Positions 1 through 13,100 of a stretch of DNA of 64,000 nt are shown in pieces; within the stretch, counting starts at the first letter, position 1, and each line of letters begins with the position of its first letter. The notes below the pieces were generated by a model. It saw nothing but the letters and a program-made list of their open reading frames with translations. It was not told where the DNA came from and did no database searches. The stretch is from the NCBI RefSeq assembly GCF_009914755.1, contig NC_060935.1; one strand, given 5' to 3'. The stretch comes from the human T2T-CHM13v2.0 reference genome, Homo sapiens. The position numbers and the translations under genes are program-made.

Positions 1-166
1 TTCGAAACGGGTATATCTTCACATCAAACCTAGACAGAAGCATTCTCAGAATGTTTCCTGTGATGACTGCATTCAACTCACAGAGGTGAACAATCCTGCT
101 GATGGAGCAGTTTTGAAACTCTCTTTCTTTGGATTCTGCAAGTGGATATGTGGACCTCTGTGAAGA

Positions 167-183
167 TTTCGTTGGAAACGGGT
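167..183 (+). promoter_or_regulatory. CENP-B box (intact core), repeated once per HOR
   Basis: TTTCGTTGGAAACGGGT matches the core nTTCGnnnnAnnCGGGn; next copies at 1017, 1867 etc. Confidence 0.93.
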
Positions 184-337
184 TCATCTTCACAGAAAAA
201 CTAAACAGGAGCATTCTCAGAAACTGCTTTGTGATGTTTGTGTTCCATTTCAGGAATTGAACTTTCCTCTTGACAGAGCAGCTCTGAAACCCTCTTATTC
301 TAGAATCTGCAAGTGGACATTTGGAGGGCTTTGAGGC

Positions 338-354
338 CTGTGGTGGAAAAGGAA
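338..354 (+). promoter_or_regulatory. A-type monomer box (pJ-alpha-like) at the CENP-B box position
   Basis: CTGTGGTGGAAAAGGAA, exactly 171 bp after the box at 167; resembles the pJ-alpha consensus CTAYGGTGRAAAAGGAA. Confidence 0.75.
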
Positions 355-507
355 AATCTTCACATAAAAACTAGATGGAAGCATTCTCAGAAACTACTTT
401 GTGATGATTGCATTCGACTCACAGAGTTGAACATTCCTACAGATAGAGCAGTTTGTAAACAATCTTTTTGTAGAATCTGCGATTGGAGATTTGGACTGCT
501 TTGAGGC

Positions 508-524
508 CTACTGTAGTAAAGGAA
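508..524 (+). promoter_or_regulatory. Degenerate A-type (pJ-alpha-like) box of the second A monomer
   Basis: CTACTGTAGTAAAGGAA at the homologous position (338+170); no CpG core. Confidence 0.6.
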
Positions 525-678
525 ATAACTTCATCTAAAAACCAAACGGAAGCATTCACAGACATTTCTTAGTGATCATTGGATTGAACTAACAGAGCTG
601 AACATTCCTTTAGATGGAGCAGTTTCCAAACCCACTTTCTGTAGAATCTGCAAGTGGATATTTGGACTTCTCTGAGGA

Positions 679-695
679 TTTCGTTGGAAACGGGA
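679..695 (+). promoter_or_regulatory. CENP-B box (canonical), repeated once per HOR
   Basis: TTTCGTTGGAAACGGGA is a full match to YTTCGTTGGAARCGGGA. Confidence 0.96.
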
Positions 696-845
696 TAAAC
701 TTCCCAGAACTACACGGAAGCATTGTGAGAAACTTCTTTGTGATGTTTGCATTCAACTCACAGAGTTGAACCTTGCTTTCATAGTTCAGCTTTCAAACAC
801 TCTTTTTGTAGAATCTGCAAGTGGATATTTGGACCACTTTGTGGC

Positions 846-862
846 CTTCCTTCGAAACGGGT
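846..862 (+). promoter_or_regulatory. Degenerate CENP-B box in the middle B-type monomer (predicted non-binding)
   Basis: CTTCCTTCGAAACGGGT: the core TTCG is changed to TTCC in every HOR copy inspected; the CGGG half is usually retained. Confidence 0.8.
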
Positions 863-1996
863 ATATCTTCACATCAAACCTAGACAGAAGCATTCTCAGA
901 ATGTTTCCTGTGATGACTGCATTCAACTCACAGAGGTGAACAATCCTGCTGATGGAGCAGTTTTGAAACTCTCTTTCTTTGGATTCTGCAAGTGGATATG
1001 TGGACCTCTGTGAAGATTTCGTTGGAAACGGGTTCATCTTCACAGAAAAACTAAACAGGAGCATTCTCAGAAACTGCTTTGTGATGTTTGTGTTCCACTT
1101 CAAGAATTGAACTTTCCTCTTTACAGAGCAGCTCTGAAACACTCTTTTTCTAGAATCTGCAAGTGGACATTTGGAGGGCTTTGAGGCCTGTGGTGGAAAA
1201 GGAAAATCTTCACATAAAAACTAGATGGAAGCATTCTCAGAAACTACTTTGTGATGATTGCATTCGACTCACAGAGTTCAACATTCCTATAGGGAGAGCA
1301 GGTTGTAAACAATCTTTTTGTAGAATCTGCGATTAGAGATTTGGACTGCTTTGAGGCCTACTGTAGTAAAGGAAATAACTTCATCTAAAAACCAAACGGA
1401 AGCATTCACAGACAATTCTTAGTGATCATTGGATTGAACTAACAGAGCTGAACATTCCTTTAGATGGCGCAGTTTCCAGACACACTTTCTGTAGAATCTG
1501 CAAGTGGATATTTGGACCTCTCTGAGGATTTCGTTGGAAACAGGATAAACTTCCCAGAACTACACGGAAGCATTCTGAGAAACTTCTTTGTGATGTTTGC
1601 ATTCAACTCACAGAGTTGAACCTTGCTTTCATAGTTCAGCTTTCAAACACTCTTTTTGTAGAATCTGCAAGTGGATATTTGGACCACTTTGTGGCCTTCC
1701 TTCGAAACTGGTATATCTTCACATCAAACCGAGACAGAAGCATTCTCAGAATGTTTCCTGTGATGACTGCATTCAACTCACAGAGGTGAACAATCCTGCT
1801 GATGGAGCAGTTTTGAAACTCTCTTTCTTTGGATTCTGCAAGTGGATATGTGGACCTCTGTGAAGATTTCGTTGGAAACGGGTTCATCTTCACAGAAAAA
1901 TTAACAGGAGCATTCTCAGAAACTGCTTTGTGATGTTTGTGTTCCACTTCAAGAATTGAACTTTCCTCTTGACAGAACAGCTCTGCAACCCTCTTT

Positions 1997-4900
1997 TTCT
2001 AGAATCTGCAAGTGGACATTTGGAGGGCTTTGAGGCCTGTGGTGGAAAAGGAAAATCTTCACATAAAAACTAGATGGAAGCATTCTCAGAAACTCCTTTG
2101 TGATGATTGCATTCGACTCACAGAGTTGAACATTCCTATAGATAGAGCAGGTTGTAAACAATCTTTTTGTAGAATCTGCGATTGGAGATTTGGACTGCTT
2201 TGAGGCCTACTGTAGTAAAGGAAATAACTTCATCTAAAAACCAAACGGAAGCATTCACAGACAATTGTTAGTGATCATTGCATTGAACTAACAGTGCTGA
2301 ACATTCGTTTAGATGGCGCAGTTTCCAAACACACTTTCTGTAGAATCTGCAAGTGGATATTTGGACCTCTCTGAGGATTTCGTTGGAAACGGGATAAACT
2401 TCCCAGAACTACACGGAAGCATTGTGAGAAACTTCTTTGTGATGTTTGCATTCAACTCACAGAGTTGAACCTTGCTTTCATAGTTCAGCTTTCAAACACT
2501 CTTTTTGTAGAATCTGCAAGTGGATATTTGGACCAATTTGTGGTCTTCCTTCGAAACGGGTATATCTTCACATCAAACCTAGACAGAAGCATTCTCAGAA
2601 TGTTTCCTTTGATGACTGCATTCAACTCACAGAGGTGAACAATCCTGCTGATGGAGCAGTTTTGAAATTCCCTTTCTTTGGATTCTGCAAGTGGATATGT
2701 GGACCTCTGTGAAGATTTCGTTGGAAACGGGTTCATCTTCACAGAAAAACTAAACAGAAGCATTCTCAGAAACTGCTTTGTGATGTTTGTGTTCCACTTC
2801 AGGAATTGAACTTTCCTCTTGACAGAGCAGCTCTGAAACCCTCTTATTCTAGAATCTGCAAGTGGACATTTGAAGGGCTTTGAGGCCTGTGGTGGAAAAG
2901 GAAAATCTTCACATAAAAACTAGATGGAAGCATTCTCAGAAACTACTTTGTGATGATTGCATTCGACTCACAGAGTTGAACATTCCTATAGATAGAGCAG
3001 GTTGTAAACAATCTTTTTGTAGAATCTGCGATTGGAGATTTGGACTGCTTTGAGGCCTACTGTAGTAAAGGAAATAACTTCATCTAAAAACCAAACGGAA
3101 GCATTCACAGACAATTCTTAGTGATCATTGGATTGAACTAACAGAGCTGAACATTCCTTTAGATGGAGCAGTTTCCAAACCCACTTTCTGTAGAATCTGC
3201 AAGTGGATATTTGGACTTCTCTGAGGATTTCGTTGGAAACGGGATAAACTTCCCAGAACTACACGGAAGCATTGTGAGAAACTTCTTTGTGATATTTGCA
3301 TTGAACTCACAGAGTTGAACCTTGCTTTCATAGTTCAGCTTTCAAACACTCTTTTTGTAGAATCTGCAAGTGGATATTTGGACCACTTTGTGGCCTTCCT
3401 TCGAAACGGGTATATCTTCACATCAAACCTAGACAGAAGCATTCTCAGAATGTTTCCTGTGATGACTGCATTCAACTCACAGAGGTGAACAATCCTGCTG
3501 ATGGAGCAGTTTTGAAACTCTCTTTCTTTGGTATCTGCAAGTGGATATGTGGACCTCTGTGAAGATTTCGTTGGAAACGGGTTCATCCTCACAGAAAAAC
3601 TAAACAGGAGCATTCTCAGAAACTGCTTTGTGATGTTTGTGTTCCACTTCAAGAATTGAACTTTCCTCTTGACAGAGCAGCTCTGAAACCCTCTTTTTCT
3701 AGAATCTGCAAGTGGACATTTGGAGGGCTTTGAGGCCTGTGGTGGAAATGGAAAATCTTCACATAAAAACTAGATGGAAGCATTCTCAGAAACTACTTTG
3801 TGATGATTGCATTCGACTCACAGAGTTCAACATTCCTATAGGGAGAGCAGGTTGTAAACAATCTTTTTGTAGAATCTGCGATTAGAGATTTAGACTGCTT
3901 TGAGGCCTACTGTAGTAAAGGAAATAACTTCATCTAAAAACCAAACGGAAGCATTCACAGACAATTCTTAGTGATCATTGCATTGAACTAACAGAGCTGA
4001 ACATTCGTTTAGATGGCGCAGTTTCCAAACACACTTTCTGTAGAATCTGCAAGTGGATATTTGGACCACTCTGAGGATTTCGCTGGAAACGGGATAAACT
4101 TCCCAGAACTACACGGAAGCATTCTGAGAAACTTCTTTGTGATGTTTGCATTCAACTCACAGAGTTGAACCTTGCTTTCATAGTTCAGCTTTCAAACACT
4201 CTTTTTGTAGAATCTGCAAGTTGATATTTGGACCACTTTGTGGCCTTCCTTCGAAACGGGTATATCTTCACATCAAACCTAGACAGAAGCATTCTCAGAA
4301 TGTTTCCTGTGATGACTGCATTCAACTCACAGAGGTGAACAATCCTGCTGATGGAGCAGTTTTAAAATTCTCTTTCTTTGGATTCTGCAAGTGGATATGT
4401 GGACCTCTGTGAAGATTTCGTTGGAAACGGGTTCATCTTCACAGAAAAACTAAACAGAAGCATTCTCAGAAACTGCTTTGTGATGTTTGTGTTCCACTTC
4501 AGGAATTGAACTTTCCTCTTGACAGAGCAGCTCTGAAACCCTCTTATTCTAGAATCTGCAAGTGGACATTTGGAGGGCTTTGAGGCCTGTGGTGGAAAAG
4601 GAAAATCTTCACATAAAAACTAGATGGAAGCATTCTCAGAAACTCCTTTGTGATGATTGCATTCGACTCACAGAGTTGAACATTCCTATAGATAGAGCAG
4701 GTTGTAAACAATCTTTTTGTAGAATCTGCGATTGGAGATTTGGACTGCTTTGAGGCCTACTGTAGTAAAGGAAATAACTTCATCTAAAAACCAAACGGAA
4801 GCATTCACAGACAATTGTTAGTGATCATTGCATTGAACTAACAGTGCTGAACATTCGTTTAGATGGCGCAGTTTCCAAACACACTTTCTGTAGAATCTGC

Positions 4901-7194
4901 AAGTGGATATTTGGACCTCTCTGAGGATTTCGTTGGAAACGGGATAAACTTCCCAGAACTACACGGAAGCATTGTGAGAAACTTCTTTGTGATGTTTGCA
5001 TTCAACTCACAGAGTTGAACCTTGCTTTCATAGTTCAGCTTTCAAACACTCTTTTTGTAGAATCTGCAAGTGGATATTTGGACCAATTTGTGGTCTTCCT
5101 TCGAAACGGGTATATCTTCACATCAAACCTAGACAGAAGCATTCTCAGAATGTTTCCTTTGATGACTGCATTCAACTCACAGAGGTGAACAATCCTGCTG
5201 ATGGAGCAGTTTTGAAATTCCCTTTCTTTGGATTCTGCAAGTGGATATGTGGACCTCTGTGAAGATTTCGTTGGAAACGGGTTCATCTTCACAGAAAAAC
5301 TAAACAGAAGCATTCTCAGAAACTGCTTTGTGATGTTTGTGTTCCACTTCAGGAATTGAACTTTCCTCTTGACAGAGCAGCTCTGAAACCCTCTTATTCT
5401 AGAATCTGCAAGTGGACATTTGAAGGGCTTTGAGGCCTGTGGTGGAAAAGGAAAATCTTCACATAAAAACTAGATGGAAGCATTCTCAGAAACTACTTTG
5501 TGATGATTGCATTCGACTCACAGAGTTGAACATTCCTATAGATAGAGCAGGTTGTAAACAATCTTTTTGTAGAATCTGCGATTGGAGATTTGGACTGCTT
5601 TGAGGCCTACTGTAGTAAAGGAAATAACTTCATCTAAAAACCAAACGGAAGCATTCACAGACAATTCTTAGTGATCATTGGATTGAACTAACAGAGCTGA
5701 ACATTCCTTTAGATGGAGCAGTTTCCAAACCCACTTTCTGTAGAATCTGCAAGTGGATATTTGGACTTCTCTGAGGATTTCGTTGGAAACGGGATAAACT
5801 TCCCAGAACTACACGGAAGCATTGTGAGAAACTTCTTTGTGATATTTGCATTGAACTCACAGAGTTGAACCTTGCTTTCATAGTTCAGCTTTCAAACACT
5901 CTTTTTGTAGAATCTGCAAGTGGATATTTGGACCACTTTGTGGCCTTCCTTCGAAACGGGTATATCTTCACATCAAACCTAGACAGAAGCATTCTCAGAA
6001 TGTTTCCTGTGATGACTGCATTCAACTCACAGAGGTGAACAATCCTGCTGATGGAGCAGTTTTGAAACTCTCTTTCTTTGGTATCTGCAAGTGGATATGT
6101 GGACCTCTGTGAAGATTTCGTTGGAAACGGGTTCATCCTCACAGAAAAACTAAACAGGAGCATTCTCAGAAACTGCTTTGTGATGTTTGTGTTCCACTTC
6201 AAGAATTGAACTTTCCTCTTGACAGAGCAGCTCTGAAACCCTCTTTTTCTAGAATCTGCAAGTGGACATTTGGAGGGCTTTGAGGCCTGTGGTGGAAATG
6301 GAAAATCTTCACATAAAAACTAGATGGAAGCATTCTCAGAAACTACTTTGTGATGATTGCATTCGACTCACAGAGTTCAACATTCCTATAGGGAGAGCAG
6401 GTTGTAAACAATCTTTTTGTAGAATCTGCGATTAGAGATTTAGACTGCTTTGAGGCCTACTGTAGTAAAGGAAATAACTTCATCTAAAAACCAAACGGAA
6501 GCATTCACAGACAATTCTTAGTGATCATTGCATTGAACTAACAGAGCTGAACATTCGTTTAGATGGCGCAGTTTCCAAACACACTTTCTGTAGAATCTGC
6601 AAGTGGATATTTGGACCACTCTGAGGATTTCGCTGGAAACGGGATAAACTTCCCAGAACTACACGGAAGCATTCTGAGAAACTTCTTTGTGATGTTTGCA
6701 TTCAACTCACAGAGTTGAACCTTGCTTTCATAGTTCAGCTTTCAAACACTCTTTTTGTAGAATCTGCAAGTTGATATTTGGACCACTTTGTGGCCTTCCT
6801 TCGAAACGGGTATATCTTCACATCAAACCTAGACAGAAGCATTCTCAGAATGTTTCCTGTGATGACTGCATTCAACTCACAGAGGTGAACAATCCTGCTG
6901 ATGGAGCAGTTTTAAAATTCTCTTTCTTTGGATTCTGCAAGTGGATATGTGGACCTCTGTGAAGATTTCGTTGGAAACGGGTTCATCTTCACAGAAAAAC
7001 TAAACAGAAGCATTCTCAGAAACTGCTTTGTGATGTTTGTGTTCCACTTCAGGAATTGAACTTTCCTCTTGACAGAGCAGCTCTGAAACCCTCTTATTCT
7101 AGAATCTGCAAGTGGACATTTGGAGGGCTTTGAGGCCTGTGGTGGAAAAGGAAAATCTTCACATAAAAACTAGATGGAAGCATTCTCAGAAACT
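1997..7194 (+). repeat. Tandem duplication of a 3-HOR block (period 2550 bp)
   Basis: Diagnostic variants repeat at +2550: AACTCCTTTG 2091/4641, GACCAATTTG 2531/5081, GATATTTGCATTGAA 3291/5841, GGTATCTG 3530/6080, TTCGCTGG ~4083/6633. Confidence 0.9.
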
Positions 7195-10100
7195 ACTTTG
7201 TGATGATTGCATTCGACTCACAGAGTTGAACATTCCTATAGATAGAGCAGGTTGTAAACAATCTTTTTGTAGAATCTGCGATTGGAGATTTGGACTGCTT
7301 TGAGGCCTACTGTAGTAAAGGAAATAACTTCATCTAAAAACCAAACGGAAGCATTCACAGACAATTCTTAGTGATCATTGGATTGAACTAACAGAGCTGA
7401 ACATTCCTTCAGATGGAGCAGTTTCCAAACCCACTTTCTGTAGAATCTGCAAGTGGATATTTGGACTTCTCTGAGGATTTCGTTGGAAACGGGATAAACT
7501 TCCCAGAACTACACGGAAGCATTGTGAGAAACTTCTTTGTGATGTTTGCATTCAACACACAGAGTTGAACCTTGCTTTCATAGTTCAGCTTTCAAACACT
7601 CTTTTTGTAGAATCTGCAAGTGGATATTTGGACCACTTTGTGGCCTTCCTTCGAAACGGGTATATCTTCACATCAAACCTAGACAGAAGCATTCTCAGAA
7701 TGTTTCCTGTGATGACTGCATTCAACTCACAGAGGTGAACAATCCTGCTGATGGAGCAGTTTTGAAACTCTCTTTCTTTGGATTCTGCAAGTGGATATGT
7801 GGACCTCTGTGAAGATTTCGTTGGAAACGGGTTCATCCTCACAGAAAAACTAAACAGGAGAATTCTCAGAAACTGCTTTGTGATGTTTGTGTTCCACTTC
7901 AAGAATTGAACTTTCCTCTTGACAGAGCAGCTCTGAAACCCTCTTTTTCTAGAATCTGCAAGTGGACATTTGGAGGGCTTTGAGGCCTGTGGTGGAAAAG
8001 GAAAATCTTCACATAAAAACTAGATGGAAGCATTCTCAGAAACTACTTTGTGATGATTGCATTCGACTCACAGAGTTCAACATTCCTATAGGGAGAGCAG
8101 GTTGTAAACCATCTTTTTGTAGAATCTGCGATTAGAGATTTGGACTGCTTTGAGGCCTACTGTAGTAAAGGAAATAACTTCATCTAAAAACCAAACGGAA
8201 GCATTCACAGACAATTCTTAGTGATCATTGCATTGAACTAACAGAGCTGAACATTCGTTTAGATGGCGCAGTTTCCAAACACACTTTCTGTAGAATCTGC
8301 AAGTGGATATTTGGACCTCTCTGAGGATTTCGTTGGAAACGGGATAAACTTCCCAAAACTACACGGAAGCATTCTGAGAAACTTCTTTGTGATGTTTGCA
8401 TTCAACTCACAGAGTTGAACCTTGCTTTCATAGTTCAGCTTTCAAACACTCTTTTTGTAGAAACTGCAAGTGGATATTTGGACCACTTGGTGGCCTTCCT
8501 TCGAAACGGGTATATCTTCACATCAAACCTAGACAGAAGCATTCTCAGAATGTTTCCTGTGATGACTGCATTCAACTCACAGAGGTGAACAATCCTGCTG
8601 ATGGAGCAGTTTTGAAATTCTCTTTCTTTGGATTCTGCAAGTGGATATGTGGACCTCTGTGAAGATTTCGTTGGAAACGGGTTCATCTTCACAGAAAAAC
8701 TAAACAGAAGCATTCTCAGAAACTGCTTTCTGATGTTTGTGTTCCACTTCAGGAATTGAACTTTCCTCTTGACAGAGCAGCTCTGAAACCCTCTTATTCT
8801 AGAATCTGCAAGTGGACATTTGGAGGGCTTTGAGGCCTGTGGTGGAAAAGGAAAATCTTCACATAAAAACTAGATGGAAGCATTCTCAGAAACTACTTTG
8901 TGATGATTGCATTCGACTCACAGAGTTGAACATTCCTATAGATAGAGCAGGTTGTAAACAATCTTTTTGTAGAATCTGCGATTGGAGATTTGGACTGCTT
9001 TGAGGCCTACTGTAGTAAAGGAAATAACTTCATCTAAAAACCAAACGGAAGCATTCACAGACAATTCTTAGTGATCATTGGATTGAACTAACAGAGCTGA
9101 ACATTCCTTTAGATGGCGCAGTTTCCAAACACACTTTCTGTAGAATCTGCAAGTGGATATTTGGACTTCTCTGAGGATTTCGTTGGAAACGGGATAAACT
9201 TCCCAGAACTACACGGAAACATTGTGAGAAACTTCTTTGTGATGTTTTCATTCAACTCACAGAGTTGAACCTTGCTTTCATAGTTCAGCTTTCAAACACT
9301 CTTTTTGTAGAATCTGCAAGTGGATATTTGGACCACTTTGTGGTCTTCCTTCAAAACGGGTATATCTTCACATCAAACCTAGACAGAAGCATTCTCAGAA
9401 TGTTTCCTGTGATGACTGCATTCAACTCACAGAGGTGAACAATCCTGCTGATGGAGCAGTTTTGAAACTCTCTTTCTTTGGATTCTGCAAGTGGGTATGT
9501 GGACCTCTGTGAAGATTTCGTTGGAAACGGTTTCATCTTCACAGAAAAACTAAACAGAAACATTCTCAGAAACTGCTTTCTGATGTTTGTGTTCCACTTC
9601 AGGAATTGAACTTTCCTCTTGACAGAGCAGCTCTGAAATCCTCTTATTCAAGAATCTGCAAGTGGACATTTGGACGGCTTTGAGGCCTGTGGTGGAAAAG
9701 GAAAATCTTCACATAAAAACTAGATGGAAGCATTCTCAGAAACTACTTTGTGATGATTGCATTCGACTCACAGAGTTGAACATTCCTATAGATAGAGCAG
9801 GTTGTAAACAATCTTTTTGTAGAATCTGCGATTGGAGATTTGGACTGCTTTCAGGCCTACTGTAGTAAAGGAAATAACTTCATCTAAAAACCAAACGGAA
9901 GCATTCACAGATAATTCTTAGTGATATTGGATTGAACTAACAGAGCTGAACATTCCTTTAGATGGAGCAGTTTCCAAACACCCTTTCTGTAGAATCTGCA
10001 AGTGGATATTTGGACTTCTCTGAGGATTTCGTTGGAAACGGGATAAACTTCCCAGAACTACACGGAAGCATTGTGAGAAACTTCTTTGTGATGTTTGCAT

Positions 10101-13100
10101 TCAACTCACAGAGTTGAACCTTGCTTTCATAGTTCAGCTTTCAAACACTCTTTTTGTAGAATCTGCAAGTGGATATTTGGACCACTTTGTGGCCTTCCTT
10201 CGAAACGGGTATATCTTCACATCAAACCTAGACAGAAGCATTCTCAGAATGTTTCCTGTGATGACTGCATTCAACTCACAGAGGTGAACAATCCTGCTGA
10301 TGGAGCAGTTTTGAAACTCTCTTTCTTTGGATTCTGCAAGTGGATATGTGGACCTCTGTGAAGATTTCGTTGGAAACGGGTTCATCTTCACAGAAAAACT
10401 AAACAGGAGCATTCTCAGAAACTGCTTTGTGATGTTTGTGTTCCACTTCAAGAATTGAACTTTCCTCTTGACACAGCAGCTCTGAAACCCTCTTTTTCTA
10501 GAATCTGCAAGTGGACATTTGGAGGGCTTTGAGGCCTGTGGTGGAAAAGGAAAATCTTCACATAAAAACTAGATGGAAGCATTCTCAGAAACTACTTTGT
10601 GATGATTGCATTCGACTCACAGAGTTGAACATTCCTATAGATAGAGCAGGTTGTAAACAATCTTTTTGTAGAATCTGCGATTGGAGATTTGGACTGCTTT
10701 GAGGCCTACTGTAGTAAAGGAAATAACTTCATCTAAAAACCAAACGGAAGCATTCACAGACAATTCTTAGTGATCATTGGATTGAACTAACAGAGCTGAA
10801 CATTCCTACAGATGGAGGAGTTTCCAAACACACTTTCTGTAGAATCTGCAAGTGGATATTTGGACTTCTCTGAGGATTTCGTTGGAAACGGGATAAACTT
10901 CCCAGAACTACACGGAAGCATTGTGAGAAACTTCTTTGTGATGTTTGCATTCAACTCACAGAGTTGAACCTTGCTTTCATAGTTCAGCTTTCAAACACTC
11001 TTTCTGTAGAATCTGCAAGTGGATATTTGGACCACTTTGTGGCCTTCCTTCGAAACGGGTATATCTTCACATCAAACCTAGACAGAAGCATTCTCAGAAT
11101 GTTTCCTGTGATGACTGCATTCAACTCACAGAGGTGAACAATCCTGCTGATGGAGCACTTTTGAAACTCTCTTTCTTTGGATTCTGCAAGTGGATATGTT
11201 GACCTCTGTGAAGATTTCGTTGGAAACGGGTTCATCTTCACAGAAAAACTAAACAGGAGCATTCTCAGAAACTGCTTTGTGATGTTTGTGTTCCACTTCA
11301 AGAATTGAACTTTCCTCTTGACAGAGCAGCTCTGAAACCCTCTTTTTCTAGAATCTGCAAGTGGACATTTGGAGGGATTTGAGGCCTGTGGTGGAAAAGG
11401 AAAATCTTCACATAAAAACTAGATGGAAGCATTCTCAGAAACTACTTTGTGATGATTGCATTCGACTCACAGAGTTGAACATTCCTATAGATAGAGCAGG
11501 TTGTAAACAATCTTTTTGTAGGATCTGCGATTGGAGATTTGGACTGCTTTGAGGCCTACTGTAGTAAAGGAAATAACTTCATCTAAAAACCAAACGGAAG
11601 CATTCACAGACAATTCTTAGTGATCATTGGATTGAACTAACAGAGCTGAACATTCCTTCAGATGGAGCAGTTTCCAAACACACTTTCTGTAGAATCTGCA
11701 AGTGGATATTTGGACTTCTCTGAGGATTTCGTTGGAAACGGGATAAACTTCCCAGAACTACACGGAAGCATTGTGAGAAACTTCTTTGTGATGTTTGCAT
11801 TCAACTCACAGAGTTGAAACTTGCTTTCATAGTTCAGCTTTCAAACACTCTTTTTGTAGAATCTGCAAGTGGATATTTGGACCACTTTGTGGCCTTCCTT
11901 CGAAACGGGTATATCTTCACATCAAACCTAGACAGAAGCATTCTCAGAATGTTTCCTGTGATGACTGCATTCAACTCACAGAGGTGAACAATCCTGTTGA
12001 TGGAGCAGTTTTGAAACTCTCTTTCTTTGGATTCCGCAAGTTGATATGTGGACCTCTGTGAAGATTTCGTTGGAAACGGGTTCATCTTCACAGAAAAACT
12101 AAACAGAAGCATTCTCAGAAACTGCTTTGTGATGTTTGTTTTCCACTTCAAGAATTGAACTTTCCTCTTGACAGAGCAGCTCTGAAACCCTCTTTTTCTA
12201 GAATCTGCAAGTGGACATTTGGAGGGCTTTGAGGCCTGTGGTGGAAAAGGAAAATCTTCACATAAAAACTAGATGGAAGCATTCTCAGAAACTACTTTGT
12301 GATGATTGCATTCGACCCACAGAGTTGAACATTCCTATAGATAGAGCAGGTTGTAAACAATCTTTTTGTAAAATCTGCGATTGGAGATTTGGACTGCTTT
12401 GAGGCCTACTGTAGTAAAGGAAATAACTTCATCTAAAAACCAAACGGAAGCATTCACAGACAATTCTTAGTGATCATTGGATTGAACTAACAGAGCTGAA
12501 CATTCCCTTAGATGGCGCAGTTTCCAAACACACTTTCTGTAGAATCTGCAAGTGGATATTTGGACCTCTCTGAGGATTTCATTGGAAACGGGATAAACTT
12601 CCCAGAACTACACGGAAGCATTCTGAGAAACTTCTTTGTGATGTTTGCATTCAACTCACAGAGTTGAACCTTGCTTTCATAGTTCAGCTTTCAAACACTC
12701 TTTTTGTAGAATCTGCAAGTGGATATTTGGACCACTTTGTGGCCTTCCTTCGAAACGGGTATATCTACACATCAAACCTAGACAGAAGCATTCTCAGAAT
12801 GTTTCCTGTGATGACTGCATTCAACTCACAGAGGTGAACAATCCTGCTGATGGAGCACTTTTGAAACTCTCTTTCTTTGGATTCTGCAAGTGGATATGTG
12901 GACCTCTGTGAAGATTTCGTTGGAAACGGGTTCATCTTCACAGAAACACTAAACAGGAGCATTCTCAGAAACTGCTTTGTGATGTTTGTGTTCCACTTCA
13001 AGAATTGAACTTTCCTCTTGACAGAGCAGCTCTGAAACCCTCTTTTTCTAGAATCTGCAAGTGGACATTTGGAGGGATTTGAGGCCTGTGGTGGAAAAGG

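Larger units (their letters stand above)
40..889 (+). repeat. Representative single HOR unit: five monomers of 171, 170, 171, 168 and 170 bp
   Basis: GCATT monomer-start motifs at 40, 211, 381, 552, 720 and 890; the lengths sum to 850. Monomers differ strongly from each other, whereas HOR copies differ by only about 1-2%. Confidence 0.95.

Noticed and set aside
747-1013. Cys/His spacing suggestive of a zinc-finger peptide (CRIC, CDDC)
   Set aside because: It arises from the TGT/TGC-rich alphoid motifs TGTAGAATCTGC and TGTGATGACTGC; there is no canonical finger spacing or sign of coding constraint.
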